A DNA stretch of 64,000 bases from Nitrospirota bacterium (GTDB taxonomy: Bacteria; Nitrospirota; Thermodesulfovibrionia; Thermodesulfovibrionales; Dissulfurispiraceae): contig CAWBMP010000003.1 of NCBI GenBank assembly GCA_963790025.1, forward strand, positions 128,001-192,000, in the 5' to 3' direction. Of this stretch, positions 46,406-55,581 are shown piece by piece (the stretch's first letter is position 1; each line of letters opens with the position of its first letter). The position numbers and the translations under genes were made by a program. Under the pieces are notes generated by a model. The model did not search any database. It was not told the DNA's origin and was given only the letters and a program-made list of their open reading frames with translations.

Positions 46406-48465
46406 AGTTCCCTCAAGAGTTGAATTTTCAGTTTGGCGCGATTTTCATGGCGCTGCGAAAAGCCCGGGCCTTTTCTTGCAGCGGGGTCGTCCCGGTTGAC
46501 CGGATCAGGGGCCCAGATCAGATCGAGGATGTGAAGGGCACGCTTACCCCTGGACGAAAAATTGTCCCGGCACATGGCGCAATACGTTATATAGTCGCGG
46601 TCGCTTTCCCCTATTCTTCGTTTGACCACCTTATCTGCAACCAGAGGATTGGCAAAAGACATAAGGCCCCCATAACCGCAACAAGTGGTCAAATGCCGAT
46701 TGTGGCCCAACTCCTCCACCCGAACCCCGAGTTTTCCAAGGATGCAGCGTATTTCCCCCTGTATCGCTTCATCGTATCTGGTAGAACAGGTGTCATGAAC
46801 AGCAACCTCCTGAGGCGGTGTTTCAGGTCCTGACCGTGGCAGTTTGCTCACTGCCAGGATAGACCAGAGAGTTTCCACCTCGGCATCCTTCAAGCGGTCT
46901 CTGAACACCCGGTGGCAGCTCGAACAAGCGGTGATTATGCGTGGAGTTCCCAGCTGCCGCCAAGTTTCGACAAAGGCGCCCATAGTCCGACCGAACAAGT
47001 CCTCTTCACCGGCCCATTCTGCGGGAGCACCGCAGCATCCTAGGACAAGCCCTACTCCACCCCTGATATTTTGCCGCAGATATTCATATACCTTTACCAC
47101 CTGCTGAGGCGATGATGCACTCAACTGGCACCCCGGGAAGAAGACGGCACTGCTGGATGAGAAACCCGGTTGATGTCGCGCAAGGGTAAAGGCCCCGCTA
47201 TTGCTGAAGGCCATGTCCCTCAGCGCAAAATCATGGGCCGAGGCAGGCATTTTCCCTTTCTGTACCATGCTCTGCCTGGCGTCCAGGCAGAGCATGGCCA
47301 TATTCAGGGACACCGGACATACGGCCTCGCAGAGACTGCAGAGTGCGCATGTATTTACCATGCGATTGGCGTGGTGCATTCCCATGATGATGGAGTCGTT
47401 ATTGTAGATTTCTCTCACATACCTCTTGGGATATGAGCCATAATGGGCGAGATACTCGCACACTTTCACACATTCGAGACACTGGCAGTTCAGGCAGCGA
47501 CGCGCCTCGGCTTCCGCTTCTTCGCGGCAGTAGCCCTGCATGCTGTTTTGCATCGGAACTGAGGTAAGCGGTCCGGTCCCCTTAGTATCGGTGTACAACT
47601 GCGTAACGTAGGGGCCCTCGAAAGCGCGGCCCGCGGTCAGGGAAACCCCCTGAAGAAGGCGATCAATCGAAACGGCTGCCAGTCTTCCATCGGAGATCGA
47701 CGTAATCGGTGAGAATTTTAAGTCGCCATAGCGCTGACTACCACCGGAGAATACCTTGCTATTGCTGGTAGCATAAGAGATTGGAGCTATTATGATACGG
47801 CCATCCGGCCCGAGATCAAGATTCAGGCGCAGACCATGAACCGCAACAGGTCCCGGTCCAATATAAACCGCGTCGAATTCGGCAACGATGGAATCAAACG
47901 ATATCCCTTTTCCGGATTCGTTGCTCACTTGGCTGTCCAAGTGAATGACGACCTCCAGGCCTTCGAAAACAACCAGATCCGAGTCTATCAACTGCTGCGG
48001 CAGGGTTTGTCCGTGAATGTTCCTTAAGCATCCGCCAAGTCGGCTGCCCGACTCGAAGATTTCGACCTGATATCCTTTGGAAGCAAGATCGAAGGCAGCT
48101 GTCAAGCCGCTGAGTCCGGCGCCGACTACAGCAACCTTCTTGTCCTTTTTTTGCAAATGTCTGATCTTCGCGGAAGTCCTCTCTCCATAGTCAATGCAGG
48201 CCCTCTCAAGGGCATTGATCATAATGGCTTCTCCCGCCTCGTTTCGCTTGCAGGCAACCTGACAGGGATGGTCGCATATCCTGCTTATGATGCCGGGAAA
48301 GGGCACAGTCTTACTAAAGATAGCAAAACCTGCGGAGTAGTCTCCCTTGCGTATACATTCGATCATGCCCCTGGCATCTACGTGTGCCGGGCATGTGGCA
48401 GTGCATTCAGGCGGCCACTCCTGAATGCACTGGGACTCGCGTTCTCTCGCGCGCTTATGGTCCAT
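46369..48465 (-). CDS. Pyridine nucleotide-disulfide oxidoreductase / 4Fe-4S dicluster / CCG-domain protein
   Basis: GltD-like 'CTATCP..RICDHPCQVAC', GAGLSG, 'CLNCQCLECVKVC', 'CALCSLCEAVCP', two CCG motifs. Confidence 0.85.
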   Translation of the reverse strand: MDHKRARERESQCIQEWPPECTATCPAHVDARGMIECIRKGDYSAGFAIFSKTVPFPGIISRICDHPCQVACKRNEAGEAIMINALERACIDYGERTSAKIRHLQKKDKKVAVVGAGLSGLTAAFDLASKGYQVEIFESGSRLGGCLRNIHGQTLPQQLIDSDLVVFEGLEVVIHLDSQVSNESGKGISFDSIVAEFDAVYIGPGPVAVHGLRLNLDLGPDGRIIIAPISYATSNSKVFSGGSQRYGDLKFSPITSISDGRLAAVSIDRLLQGVSLTAGRAFEGPYVTQLYTDTKGTGPLTSVPMQNSMQGYCREEAEAEARRCLNCQCLECVKVCEYLAHYGSYPKRYVREIYNNDSIIMGMHHANRMVNTCALCSLCEAVCPVSLNMAMLCLDARQSMVQKGKMPASAHDFALRDMAFSNSGAFTLARHQPGFSSSSAVFFPGCQLSASSPQQVVKVYEYLRQNIRGGVGLVLGCCGAPAEWAGEEDLFGRTMGAFVETWRQLGTPRIITACSSCHRVFRDRLKDAEVETLWSILAVSKLPRSGPETPPQEVAVHDTCSTRYDEAIQGEIRCILGKLGVRVEELGHNRHLTTCCGYGGLMSFANPLVADKVVKRRIGESDRDYITYCAMCRDNFSSRGKRALHILDLIWAPDPVNRDDPAARKGPGFSQRHENRAKLKIQLLRELWGKGCLKKRNP

Positions 48466-48477
48466 CTTGATCTCAGC

Positions 48478-51213
48478 TTAATTCTTCTTGCCTTTGGCAT
48501 CCAAAGCAGCCTTGATCACCTCCGGCCTTGCCGGCACACTGGTTATTCGGGCACCGCAGGCGTTATAAATGGCGTTCAGTATCGCCGGATGAGGGGCTGT
48601 CAACGGCGCCTCTCCCACACCGGCTGCGCCGTATGGTCCCAGTGGCCTCGACGTAACATTGTAAATGATCTGAAAATCATCCGGCACATCTTTAGCGTAG
48701 GGCAAGCCGCAGCCCATCAGGGTCGTGTGTTTCTTCAGGTCCTCGAAGTCTTCGCTGAGGGCCAGGCCGATGCCCTGTGCTATGCCTCCATAGATCTGTC
48801 CGTCAACCGTGGCCTTATTGATGACAGTGCCGATATCGGTGACAGTCGTGAACTTGACGACTGTGGCCTTGCCGGTCTTCATATCTACTTCGACTTCCGG
48901 CATAAACAATTCATACATGTAGACCGCGAACGGACTTCCCTGACCTGTTTCACTGCTGCAGGCCGTGCATGCGGCCGCTGCCCATTTGCCGTTGTATCGA
49001 AGCGGAATCTTTTCCGCAACCATTTCGTCATAGGTGCGGTACATTCCGTCGCCTTTGCGCATCGCATTAAGCAGCATGTCACAGGAAACCTTTAACGAAT
49101 TGCCGGTTATAACGGTGCTGCGGCTTCCGCCCGCAGGGCCGCTGTTTGGGCAAGTAGCGGTATCGTTCATGCGAAGCCTGATCTGCCCAGGGCTGAGGCC
49201 GAGAGGCTTGAGGGTCTCGTGGACAAAGGTCAGTGATCCGATGTCCGCGCCTTGACCGTGATCTTCCCAAGTGTTCAGTACAAGCACTCCGTCCGGAGTA
49301 AGTTCTACAGCAGCCTCCGAACCATCCGGACCGTCGAGGCCACATCCGTAGATGCCGAGGGAGATGCCGACTCCGCGTTTCTTGTCAGAGGTGGAGAGTT
49401 CCATGCATCTCTTCTTGGCCTCTTTATACAGTGGACGCAGTTTGTCGAACATAGCTTCAAGACAATAAACATCAGGCTGACAACCGGTAGGAGTGGTGTC
49501 TCCAGGGCGATAAATATTCTTGTAGCGAAGTTCGAATGGATCTATCCCCATCTTTTCGGCAAGTTCGTCCATCAATATCTCTGAGGCCAGGAATGATTGC
49601 GGAGAACCGTAGGCCCTGAACGCCGATCCCCAGGCATGGTTGGTGCAGACCGTGCGGCCCTTGCCGCGGATGTTGGGGATGTTATATCCTGCGCCAATGA
49701 ACTGCGCCTGGCGAACCGTCAGCAGGTCTCCGAACTCGGAGTAAGGACCATGGTCTATAGTCCAGTCGCTCTCCATGGCAATCAACTTCCCGTCCTTGTC
49801 CGCGCCGAACTTAAGTTTGACGAATCCCGGCGAGCGCTTGCCGGTATAGGTGATGTGCTGAAACATCGAATAGGTCAGTGAGACCGGCTTGCCGGTCGCC
49901 ATACAGGCGACGCCGAGAAGTGCCTCCATCGTCGGGCTGAATTTGTAGCCGAATGTGCCGCCGGTCGGGTTTTGGATAATTCGCAGTTTTTCGGGCTCAA
50001 TGCCCAGTCCGGGACATATCATTGCATGGTGGAGAAATATGCCGATGCTCTTGGACTGGATGGTCAGACGGCCCTCTTCGTCGAAATAGGCGCAACCGCA
50101 ATCCGGTTCCATGGTGAGGTGGGGCTGGCGGCTGCAATAGAATTCGTCTTCGACAACATAAGCAGCCTTCAACATCAGAGGCTTCGTATCGTCGCCTTTT
50201 ACTATCCCCTGCTCGTAGTAAACATTGGGAGTGCCGGGATGTATCTCCATGGCATCCGGGGCCATGGCCGCCGGGGCACTCATATATGCCGGAAGGGCCT
50301 CAAGATCGACCTTCACCTTTTTAGCAGCAGCGTCGGCATTCTCCTGAGTGTCGGCGCAGACAATGGCTATTGCATCTCCGTACTGGAAGACCTTGTCCTT
50401 GCACAGGATAGGACGGTCCCAGCCGTCGCCCTTGTTGGACGGGAAGGTAATCAGACCAGTAATAGCGTTCTTGCCTTTCACATCTTTGTGCGTGACTATC
50501 TTGTATACGCCGGGCATGTTTTCGGCCTCCGACGTGTCTATGCCTTTGATGTTCGCATGGGAAACTTCTGCCTGTACGAGGGCCAGTCGCAGAGTATCGG
50601 GAGGCATCTGCAGCGCCACATCGTCGCCGTAATCCCATGTGCCTGTAACTTTTGCAATTGCCGACGGACGCTCATAGGTCGAGCCCATGATGCTTCCATC
50701 CTTGCCGGGCTTGAATAGGAGGTCCTCCTTCTTCAACTCACCTCTCAGCACCCTGGCTGCGTCCATGACTGCATCTACGAGCGGCTTATAGCCCGTGCAG
50801 CGACAGGCATTCCTGTGATTCTGGAACCAGTCGCGCACATCTCCCCGCGTCGGGCTGAGGTTTGTATCCAGCAGGGCCTTGGCAGACATTATGAAGCCGG
50901 GGCTGCAGAAACCACACTGGGCCCCGCCGTGGGCCATCCAGGCCACCTGCAGCGGATGCAGGTTGTCCTCTGTTCCAAGTCCATCTATAGTCAATATCTC
51001 AGCAAAATCCTGCACTGTTTTCATCTTGACGACACACGACCTTACGAGCTTTCCGTCCAGGATGATCGAGCAACATCCGCACTGGCCATGACCGCAGCCT
51101 ATCTTACAGCCTGTCAAAAGCATCTGCTGCCGCAGTACGTTGGCCAGAGATTTCTCCGGATCGACTACCAAAGACCTGGCTACACCGTTGACCTTCAGGA
51201 TCTTTCTCAGCAT
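48478..51213 (-). CDS. mop: Molybdopterin-dependent aldehyde oxidoreductase (xanthine oxidase family, Mop/AOR type)
   Basis: Two 2Fe-2S sites ('GCGHGQCGCC', 'QCGFCSPG', 'CRCTGY'), 'GGTFGYK', 'AFRAYG', 'GVGE'; no FAD domain; SD GAGGTG. Confidence 0.93.
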   Translation of the reverse strand: MLRKILKVNGVARSLVVDPEKSLANVLRQQMLLTGCKIGCGHGQCGCCSIILDGKLVRSCVVKMKTVQDFAEILTIDGLGTEDNLHPLQVAWMAHGGAQCGFCSPGFIMSAKALLDTNLSPTRGDVRDWFQNHRNACRCTGYKPLVDAVMDAARVLRGELKKEDLLFKPGKDGSIMGSTYERPSAIAKVTGTWDYGDDVALQMPPDTLRLALVQAEVSHANIKGIDTSEAENMPGVYKIVTHKDVKGKNAITGLITFPSNKGDGWDRPILCKDKVFQYGDAIAIVCADTQENADAAAKKVKVDLEALPAYMSAPAAMAPDAMEIHPGTPNVYYEQGIVKGDDTKPLMLKAAYVVEDEFYCSRQPHLTMEPDCGCAYFDEEGRLTIQSKSIGIFLHHAMICPGLGIEPEKLRIIQNPTGGTFGYKFSPTMEALLGVACMATGKPVSLTYSMFQHITYTGKRSPGFVKLKFGADKDGKLIAMESDWTIDHGPYSEFGDLLTVRQAQFIGAGYNIPNIRGKGRTVCTNHAWGSAFRAYGSPQSFLASEILMDELAEKMGIDPFELRYKNIYRPGDTTPTGCQPDVYCLEAMFDKLRPLYKEAKKRCMELSTSDKKRGVGISLGIYGCGLDGPDGSEAAVELTPDGVLVLNTWEDHGQGADIGSLTFVHETLKPLGLSPGQIRLRMNDTATCPNSGPAGGSRSTVITGNSLKVSCDMLLNAMRKGDGMYRTYDEMVAEKIPLRYNGKWAAAACTACSSETGQGSPFAVYMYELFMPEVEVDMKTGKATVVKFTTVTDIGTVINKATVDGQIYGGIAQGIGLALSEDFEDLKKHTTLMGCGLPYAKDVPDDFQIIYNVTSRPLGPYGAAGVGEAPLTAPHPAILNAIYNACGARITSVPARPEVIKAALDAKGKKN

Positions 51214-51255
51214 GTTTTTCACCTCATTATCAAAATAACAGCGGCTTATGCCGTT

Positions 51256-52281
51256 TCAATTGCCTTTACCGAAAGCGCAGTTGGGATACCGGCAAGGATC
51301 GCAGATAGTGCAAAGTCCTCCATGCGCCAGACGCGTAATGTCCTTGCGGGTAATCTCTTCGCCGGCCAAAATGCGGGGGGCTATCAGATCGAAAATCGTT
51401 GTCTTGTGATACATTACACAACCCGGCAGCCCCAGCACCGGAATATTCCCTATGTATGCCAGCATGAACATAGACCCCGGAAGCACAGGGGCACCGTAAG
51501 CGACAATGCGGCCGCAGGCTGCCCTTATCCCCGCCGGAGTGACGTCATCCGGATCGACCGACATGCCGCCGGTTGTTACGACCATTTCGGCGCCTTCCTG
51601 GATCAGGGTCTGAATTGCCTGCGCAATCATGTCTACGCTGTCGTCGACAAAAATACGCCGGAGGACCGTGCTTCCCAAGTCAGTCATCTTTGTTTCTATG
51701 ACCGGCCCGAACTGGTCCTTTATACGTCCATGGTAAACCTCGCTGCCGGTTGTAACGATGCCGACTTTCAAGGACCGAAGGGGTTTAATCTCAAAGACGG
51801 GATAGCATTTCCGCCCTATGGCTTCCACGCAGCTTATCTTTTCGGTATCTATCACAAGCGGAACTACCCGGCAGCCTGCAACGACCTTTCCGGCTGTTAC
51901 GATCTGGTTTGAGTGTATCGAAGCCAATGCGATCTGTTCTATATCGTTCATCTCTTCCAGCGCACCCGTGTTGATCTTCAAAAGACCCTTTGTTTCGGCC
52001 TTCAACTCAACCTTGCCCTCGACAGGATCGGTTAAGGTAATACCGGGGCCGGCCGCGGCCTTTGCCAGCCTTATAGCCGCGTCATTTTCATGCAGAGTAT
52101 TCTCATCCAGTTCCCAGACGTAAAGATGCTCCTTGCCGAGGTCCAACAGCTTTGGGATGTCTTCACGCTGTATAATATGCCCCTTCTTGAATGCCCTTCC
52201 CTTGAATTTGTTATGAACGATTTCCGTTATATCGTGGCATAATATAGTACCTTCCGCTTCATGCACCGATATTGTTTTCAT
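51256..52281 (-). CDS. Molybdopterin-binding (MoeA-like) protein
   Basis: 'GTILCHDIT', 'TTGSEV', 'TGGMSVDPDD', 'PVLPGSM', 'GGLCTICDPCRYPNCAFGK'. Confidence 0.85.
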   Translation of the reverse strand: MKTISVHEAEGTILCHDITEIVHNKFKGRAFKKGHIIQREDIPKLLDLGKEHLYVWELDENTLHENDAAIRLAKAAAGPGITLTDPVEGKVELKAETKGLLKINTGALEEMNDIEQIALASIHSNQIVTAGKVVAGCRVVPLVIDTEKISCVEAIGRKCYPVFEIKPLRSLKVGIVTTGSEVYHGRIKDQFGPVIETKMTDLGSTVLRRIFVDDSVDMIAQAIQTLIQEGAEMVVTTGGMSVDPDDVTPAGIRAACGRIVAYGAPVLPGSMFMLAYIGNIPVLGLPGCVMYHKTTIFDLIAPRILAGEEITRKDITRLAHGGLCTICDPCRYPNCAFGKGN

Positions 52282-52437
52282 CCAATCTCTCCTTTATATA
52301 GCATATTGCTAATCATATCACCTCATCAGGGATAGTGCAACCCCGGTTCGGATATACCAAATTAAATGGTGATCTCTGCAGCAGGCCGCGGATGTTCTGG
52401 CAGGCAGCCGGAAATATAAAGTGATATAATTGATCTC

Positions 52438-53178
52438 ATGGCTTCGGCAAAAACAGCTGGAATAATCATCATCGGCGATGAGATATTGACCGGAAAGGTC
52501 CAGGATACCAATACCTTTTTTCTCACAGGGGAACTCTGGTCCCGGGGCGTAACGGTCCGCCGCATCTCGGTAATTCCGGACATTGTCCATGAGATAGCGG
52601 ACGAAGTGAGTGTTTTTTCGGAAAAATACGACTTCGTATTCACATCCGGCGGCATCGGGCCGACCCACGACGACGTGACTATCGAAGGCATCTCTCTTGC
52701 GTTTGGCGTAAGACCGGTGATAAACGACATCCTGAAGCGAATGCTTGAACAGAAGAGTAAAGACCTTACGCCTGCGCGGCTGAAGATGGCTGAGGTGCCC
52801 GAAGGCGCTGAACTTCTCGACGCAGACGGCCTGATTTTCCCTCTTATCAAATTCAGGAATGTATTTATCTTCCCCGGTATACCCGAACTGCTGAGGAAAA
52901 AATTCCATGCCATCAAAGAACATTTCAACGGGCCGAAAATATTTCTTCGGAAGGTCTATTTCAACGAATTGGAATCAGTTCTGGCGCCTCATCTCAGTGA
53001 AATTGTCAGACTCAAAAAGGGCATCAAGGTCGGCTCTTATCCTGTTATTGATAACCAGGATTATTCGGTCATGGTCACTCTTGAATCCACCAACGGGGAG
53101 GAACTCGATTCCGCAGTCCGCCTTCTTCTCGGGAAAGTACCCCAAGAGAAAGTTGTTCGTGTGGCAGGGGCCGATTGA
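52438..53178 (+). CDS. CinA N-terminal-like (COG1058, MoCF-domain) protein without PncC domain
   Basis: 'IGDEILTGKVQDTN', 'SGGIGPTHDDVT', 'PGIPE', 'GSYP'. Confidence 0.85.
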   Translation: MASAKTAGIIIIGDEILTGKVQDTNTFFLTGELWSRGVTVRRISVIPDIVHEIADEVSVFSEKYDFVFTSGGIGPTHDDVTIEGISLAFGVRPVINDILKRMLEQKSKDLTPARLKMAEVPEGAELLDADGLIFPLIKFRNVFIFPGIPELLRKKFHAIKEHFNGPKIFLRKVYFNELESVLAPHLSEIVRLKKGIKVGSYPVIDNQDYSVMVTLESTNGEELDSAVRLLLGKVPQEKVVRVAGAD

Positions 53179-53190
53179 TGCAGCGCTTCC

Positions 53191-54498
53191 ATGAATAAAG
53201 AGAAATCCAAAACTGTACGTAAATCTTCGGATTTGCAGACTATTGAAGTCGCAAAAAACATTCTGGAAGGCAAGGACAAGAAAAACCTCCTGGCGCGACT
53301 CATGCCTTTCCTGGGTCCGGCCTTTATCGCCAGTGTGGCTTATGTCGATCCGGGTAATTTCGCAACAAATATCCAGGGCGGCGCGGAATTCGGGTATTTG
53401 CTGTTATGGGTGATTGTCGCCAGTAATCTGATGGCAATGCTCATCCAGACACTATCGGCCAAGTTGGGCATAGCAACCGGAATGAATCTGGCTGAGCACT
53501 GCAGGACCAATTTCTCAAAGCCGGTAGTCATTGGCATGTGGTTACTGATGGAAGTGGTGGCCATGGCTACCGACCTGGCAGAGTTTTTGGGGGCCTCTTT
53601 GGGGTTTAATCTGTTGTTGGGAGTACCTCTTCTGGTTGGCGCCATCCTCACCGGGATTTCGACGCTCATTATCCTTGGCCTCGAACGGTATGGATTCCGG
53701 CCGCTGGAAGCGGTTATCTCCTCCATGGTAGGCGTGATTGCCCTGTGTTATCTGGTCGAAACCTCTATCGATAAACCGGCCTGGGGAAAGATACTGTACC
53801 ACTCAGTCGTTCCCCAATTTTCGGGATCGGAAAGCGTGCTTTTGGCCACCGGGATATTGGGTGCCACTGTCATGCCGCATGCTATTTTTTTGCATTCCGC
53901 CTTGACTCAGGGTCGCATCGTGGTCAGGGACAGAATACAGTTGCAAAGCCTGTATCATTACGAGATTGCGGATGTAGTTATAGCCATGGGAATTGCAAGT
54001 CTTGTCAATGCCGCTATGCTGATAATGGCAGCCTCAACGTTCCACGAAAAGGGGTTTTCGAACATTGCATCTATTGAAGAGGCATATCGAACACTGGAAC
54101 CCCTTCTGGGAAAGGCCTCGAAGTGGGTTTTTTCCATTTCGCTGCTCGTCTCGGGACTGTCGTCGTCAACAGTGGGGACCAGTGCCGGTCAAGTCATCAT
54201 GCAGGGTTTTCTCAAACGACACATCCCGATATGGATAAGGAGGCTGGTGACAATGCTGCCCGCTATGGTTGTAATCGGGGTGGGTTTGGATCCGACACGC
54301 ACGCTTGTAATCAGCCAGGTGGTACTGAGTTTGGGATTGCCGTTTGCCATTATTCCACTGGTAATGTTTACGCGCAGCAGGGACATAATGGGGGAACTGG
54401 TTAATAAAGGAATTACTACGGCAATTACCTGCGTAATCGCAGCGTTAATAATCGCGCTGAATCTTTACCTTATTTATGATACGCTATTTAAGAGGTGA
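53191..54498 (+). CDS. mntH: Nramp-family divalent metal (Mn2+) transporter
   Basis: 'AYVDPGN', 'GATVMPH', 'SQVVLS'. Confidence 0.93.
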   Translation: MNKEKSKTVRKSSDLQTIEVAKNILEGKDKKNLLARLMPFLGPAFIASVAYVDPGNFATNIQGGAEFGYLLLWVIVASNLMAMLIQTLSAKLGIATGMNLAEHCRTNFSKPVVIGMWLLMEVVAMATDLAEFLGASLGFNLLLGVPLLVGAILTGISTLIILGLERYGFRPLEAVISSMVGVIALCYLVETSIDKPAWGKILYHSVVPQFSGSESVLLATGILGATVMPHAIFLHSALTQGRIVVRDRIQLQSLYHYEIADVVIAMGIASLVNAAMLIMAASTFHEKGFSNIASIEEAYRTLEPLLGKASKWVFSISLLVSGLSSSTVGTSAGQVIMQGFLKRHIPIWIRRLVTMLPAMVVIGVGLDPTRTLVISQVVLSLGLPFAIIPLVMFTRSRDIMGELVNKGITTAITCVIAALIIALNLYLIYDTLFKR

Positions 54499-54506
54499 TA
54501 CTTACC

Positions 54507-55412
54507 ATGTTCAGGCATATACTAGTCCCGTTAGACGGCTCCAGATTGGCAGAAGCGGCACTGCCTGCGGCCGCCTTTCTGTCAAAGAAATTCAATGCGC
54601 TTGTGACTCTCGCTCACGTAATAGAAAGGAATGCTCCCAGCGAGGTCCACGGACAGCCCCATCTGAGAAATTCCGAAGAGGCAACAGCCTATTTAAAAGA
54701 CGTCGCCCTGAGGGCTTTTCCGCCGGTGGTACAGGTCGATTTTCATGTGCATACATCAGGAGTTGACAATGTGGCTGAAAGCATCGTTGAGCACGCAGAT
54801 GAATTGCACCATGACCTGATTATCATGTGCTCCCACGGTCGCGGCAAGGCTATTCACCTGTTTCTTGGAAGCATTGCGCAAGAGGTTATTTCAATGGGGT
54901 CCCTTCCAGTACTTGTGACGCGCCCCGACAAGGACGCAGCTATTCCTGAGTTTTCCTGTAAATCCCTGCTGTTGCCTTTGGACGGCGACCCGGACCATGC
55001 ACAGTCCCTGCCGGTCTCGAAGGAGTTGGCAAGGGTATGCGGCGCAAAACTGCATTTGGCTGTGGTCATTCCGGGTTTCGGTGACCTTTCAGGCCAGGGG
55101 GCGGTGACCAGCCGGTTTTTACCCGGAACGATGTCTAAAATATTGGAAATGTCTGTTCAAAACGCTGACGAGTATCTTCAGCAGCAGTTGGAAGAGCTTC
55201 GGCAAGAAGGTTTTGAAGCAAGCGCCCAAGTGCTCAGGGGAGATCCGGCCTTCGTAATAGATGATTCAGCCAGACAATTTCAAATTGACCTTATTATCAT
55301 GGCGACCCATGGGAAAACAGGTATGGACGCTTTCTGGTCAGGGAGTGTGAGCCATAAAGTATCGGGCCGAAGCAGCGTGCCGATACTGCTGATACCGGTC
55401 AGGAAGAAATGA
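54507..55412 (+). CDS. Tandem-domain universal stress protein
   Basis: Two USP domains ('ILVPLDGS..MCSHGRG..GS', 'LLLPLDG..MATHGKTG..GSVS'); SD GAGGTG. Confidence 0.9.
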   Translation: MFRHILVPLDGSRLAEAALPAAAFLSKKFNALVTLAHVIERNAPSEVHGQPHLRNSEEATAYLKDVALRAFPPVVQVDFHVHTSGVDNVAESIVEHADELHHDLIIMCSHGRGKAIHLFLGSIAQEVISMGSLPVLVTRPDKDAAIPEFSCKSLLLPLDGDPDHAQSLPVSKELARVCGAKLHLAVVIPGFGDLSGQGAVTSRFLPGTMSKILEMSVQNADEYLQQQLEELRQEGFEASAQVLRGDPAFVIDDSARQFQIDLIIMATHGKTGMDAFWSGSVSHKVSGRSSVPILLIPVRKK

Positions 55413-55419
55413 TGCCTTA

Positions 55420-55581
55420 GTGCTTCAGTTCATAAATACGGTGTCGCACAGAGAGCGTCGATGCATCCACGCCGGCAAGGCGCGCGACTGAGGCGTACCG
55501 TTGTGTACGGCGAAGGAGCGCAACGAAGCTGGAGCGGATGCAGCGGCGCTCGAATGCAACCGTATTTATGAATTGAAGTAC
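55420..55581. mobile_element. MITE-like element, copy 2 (162 bp)
   Basis: TIRs GTGCTTCAGTTCATAAATACGG / CCGTATTTATGAATTGAAGTAC (20/22); TTA on both flanks. Confidence 0.8.

Noticed and set aside
48151..51912. Long plus-strand ORFs (314, 248, 365 aa)
   Set aside because: Antisense shadows of the GC-rich AOR cluster genes
39772..52281. Selenocysteine read-through in cluster genes
   Set aside because: No in-frame TGA interrupts any conserved domain; all redox motifs use Cys
52336..52360. sigma54-like TGGTAT...TTGCA upstream of the AOR cluster
   Set aside because: GG-to-GC spacing is wrong
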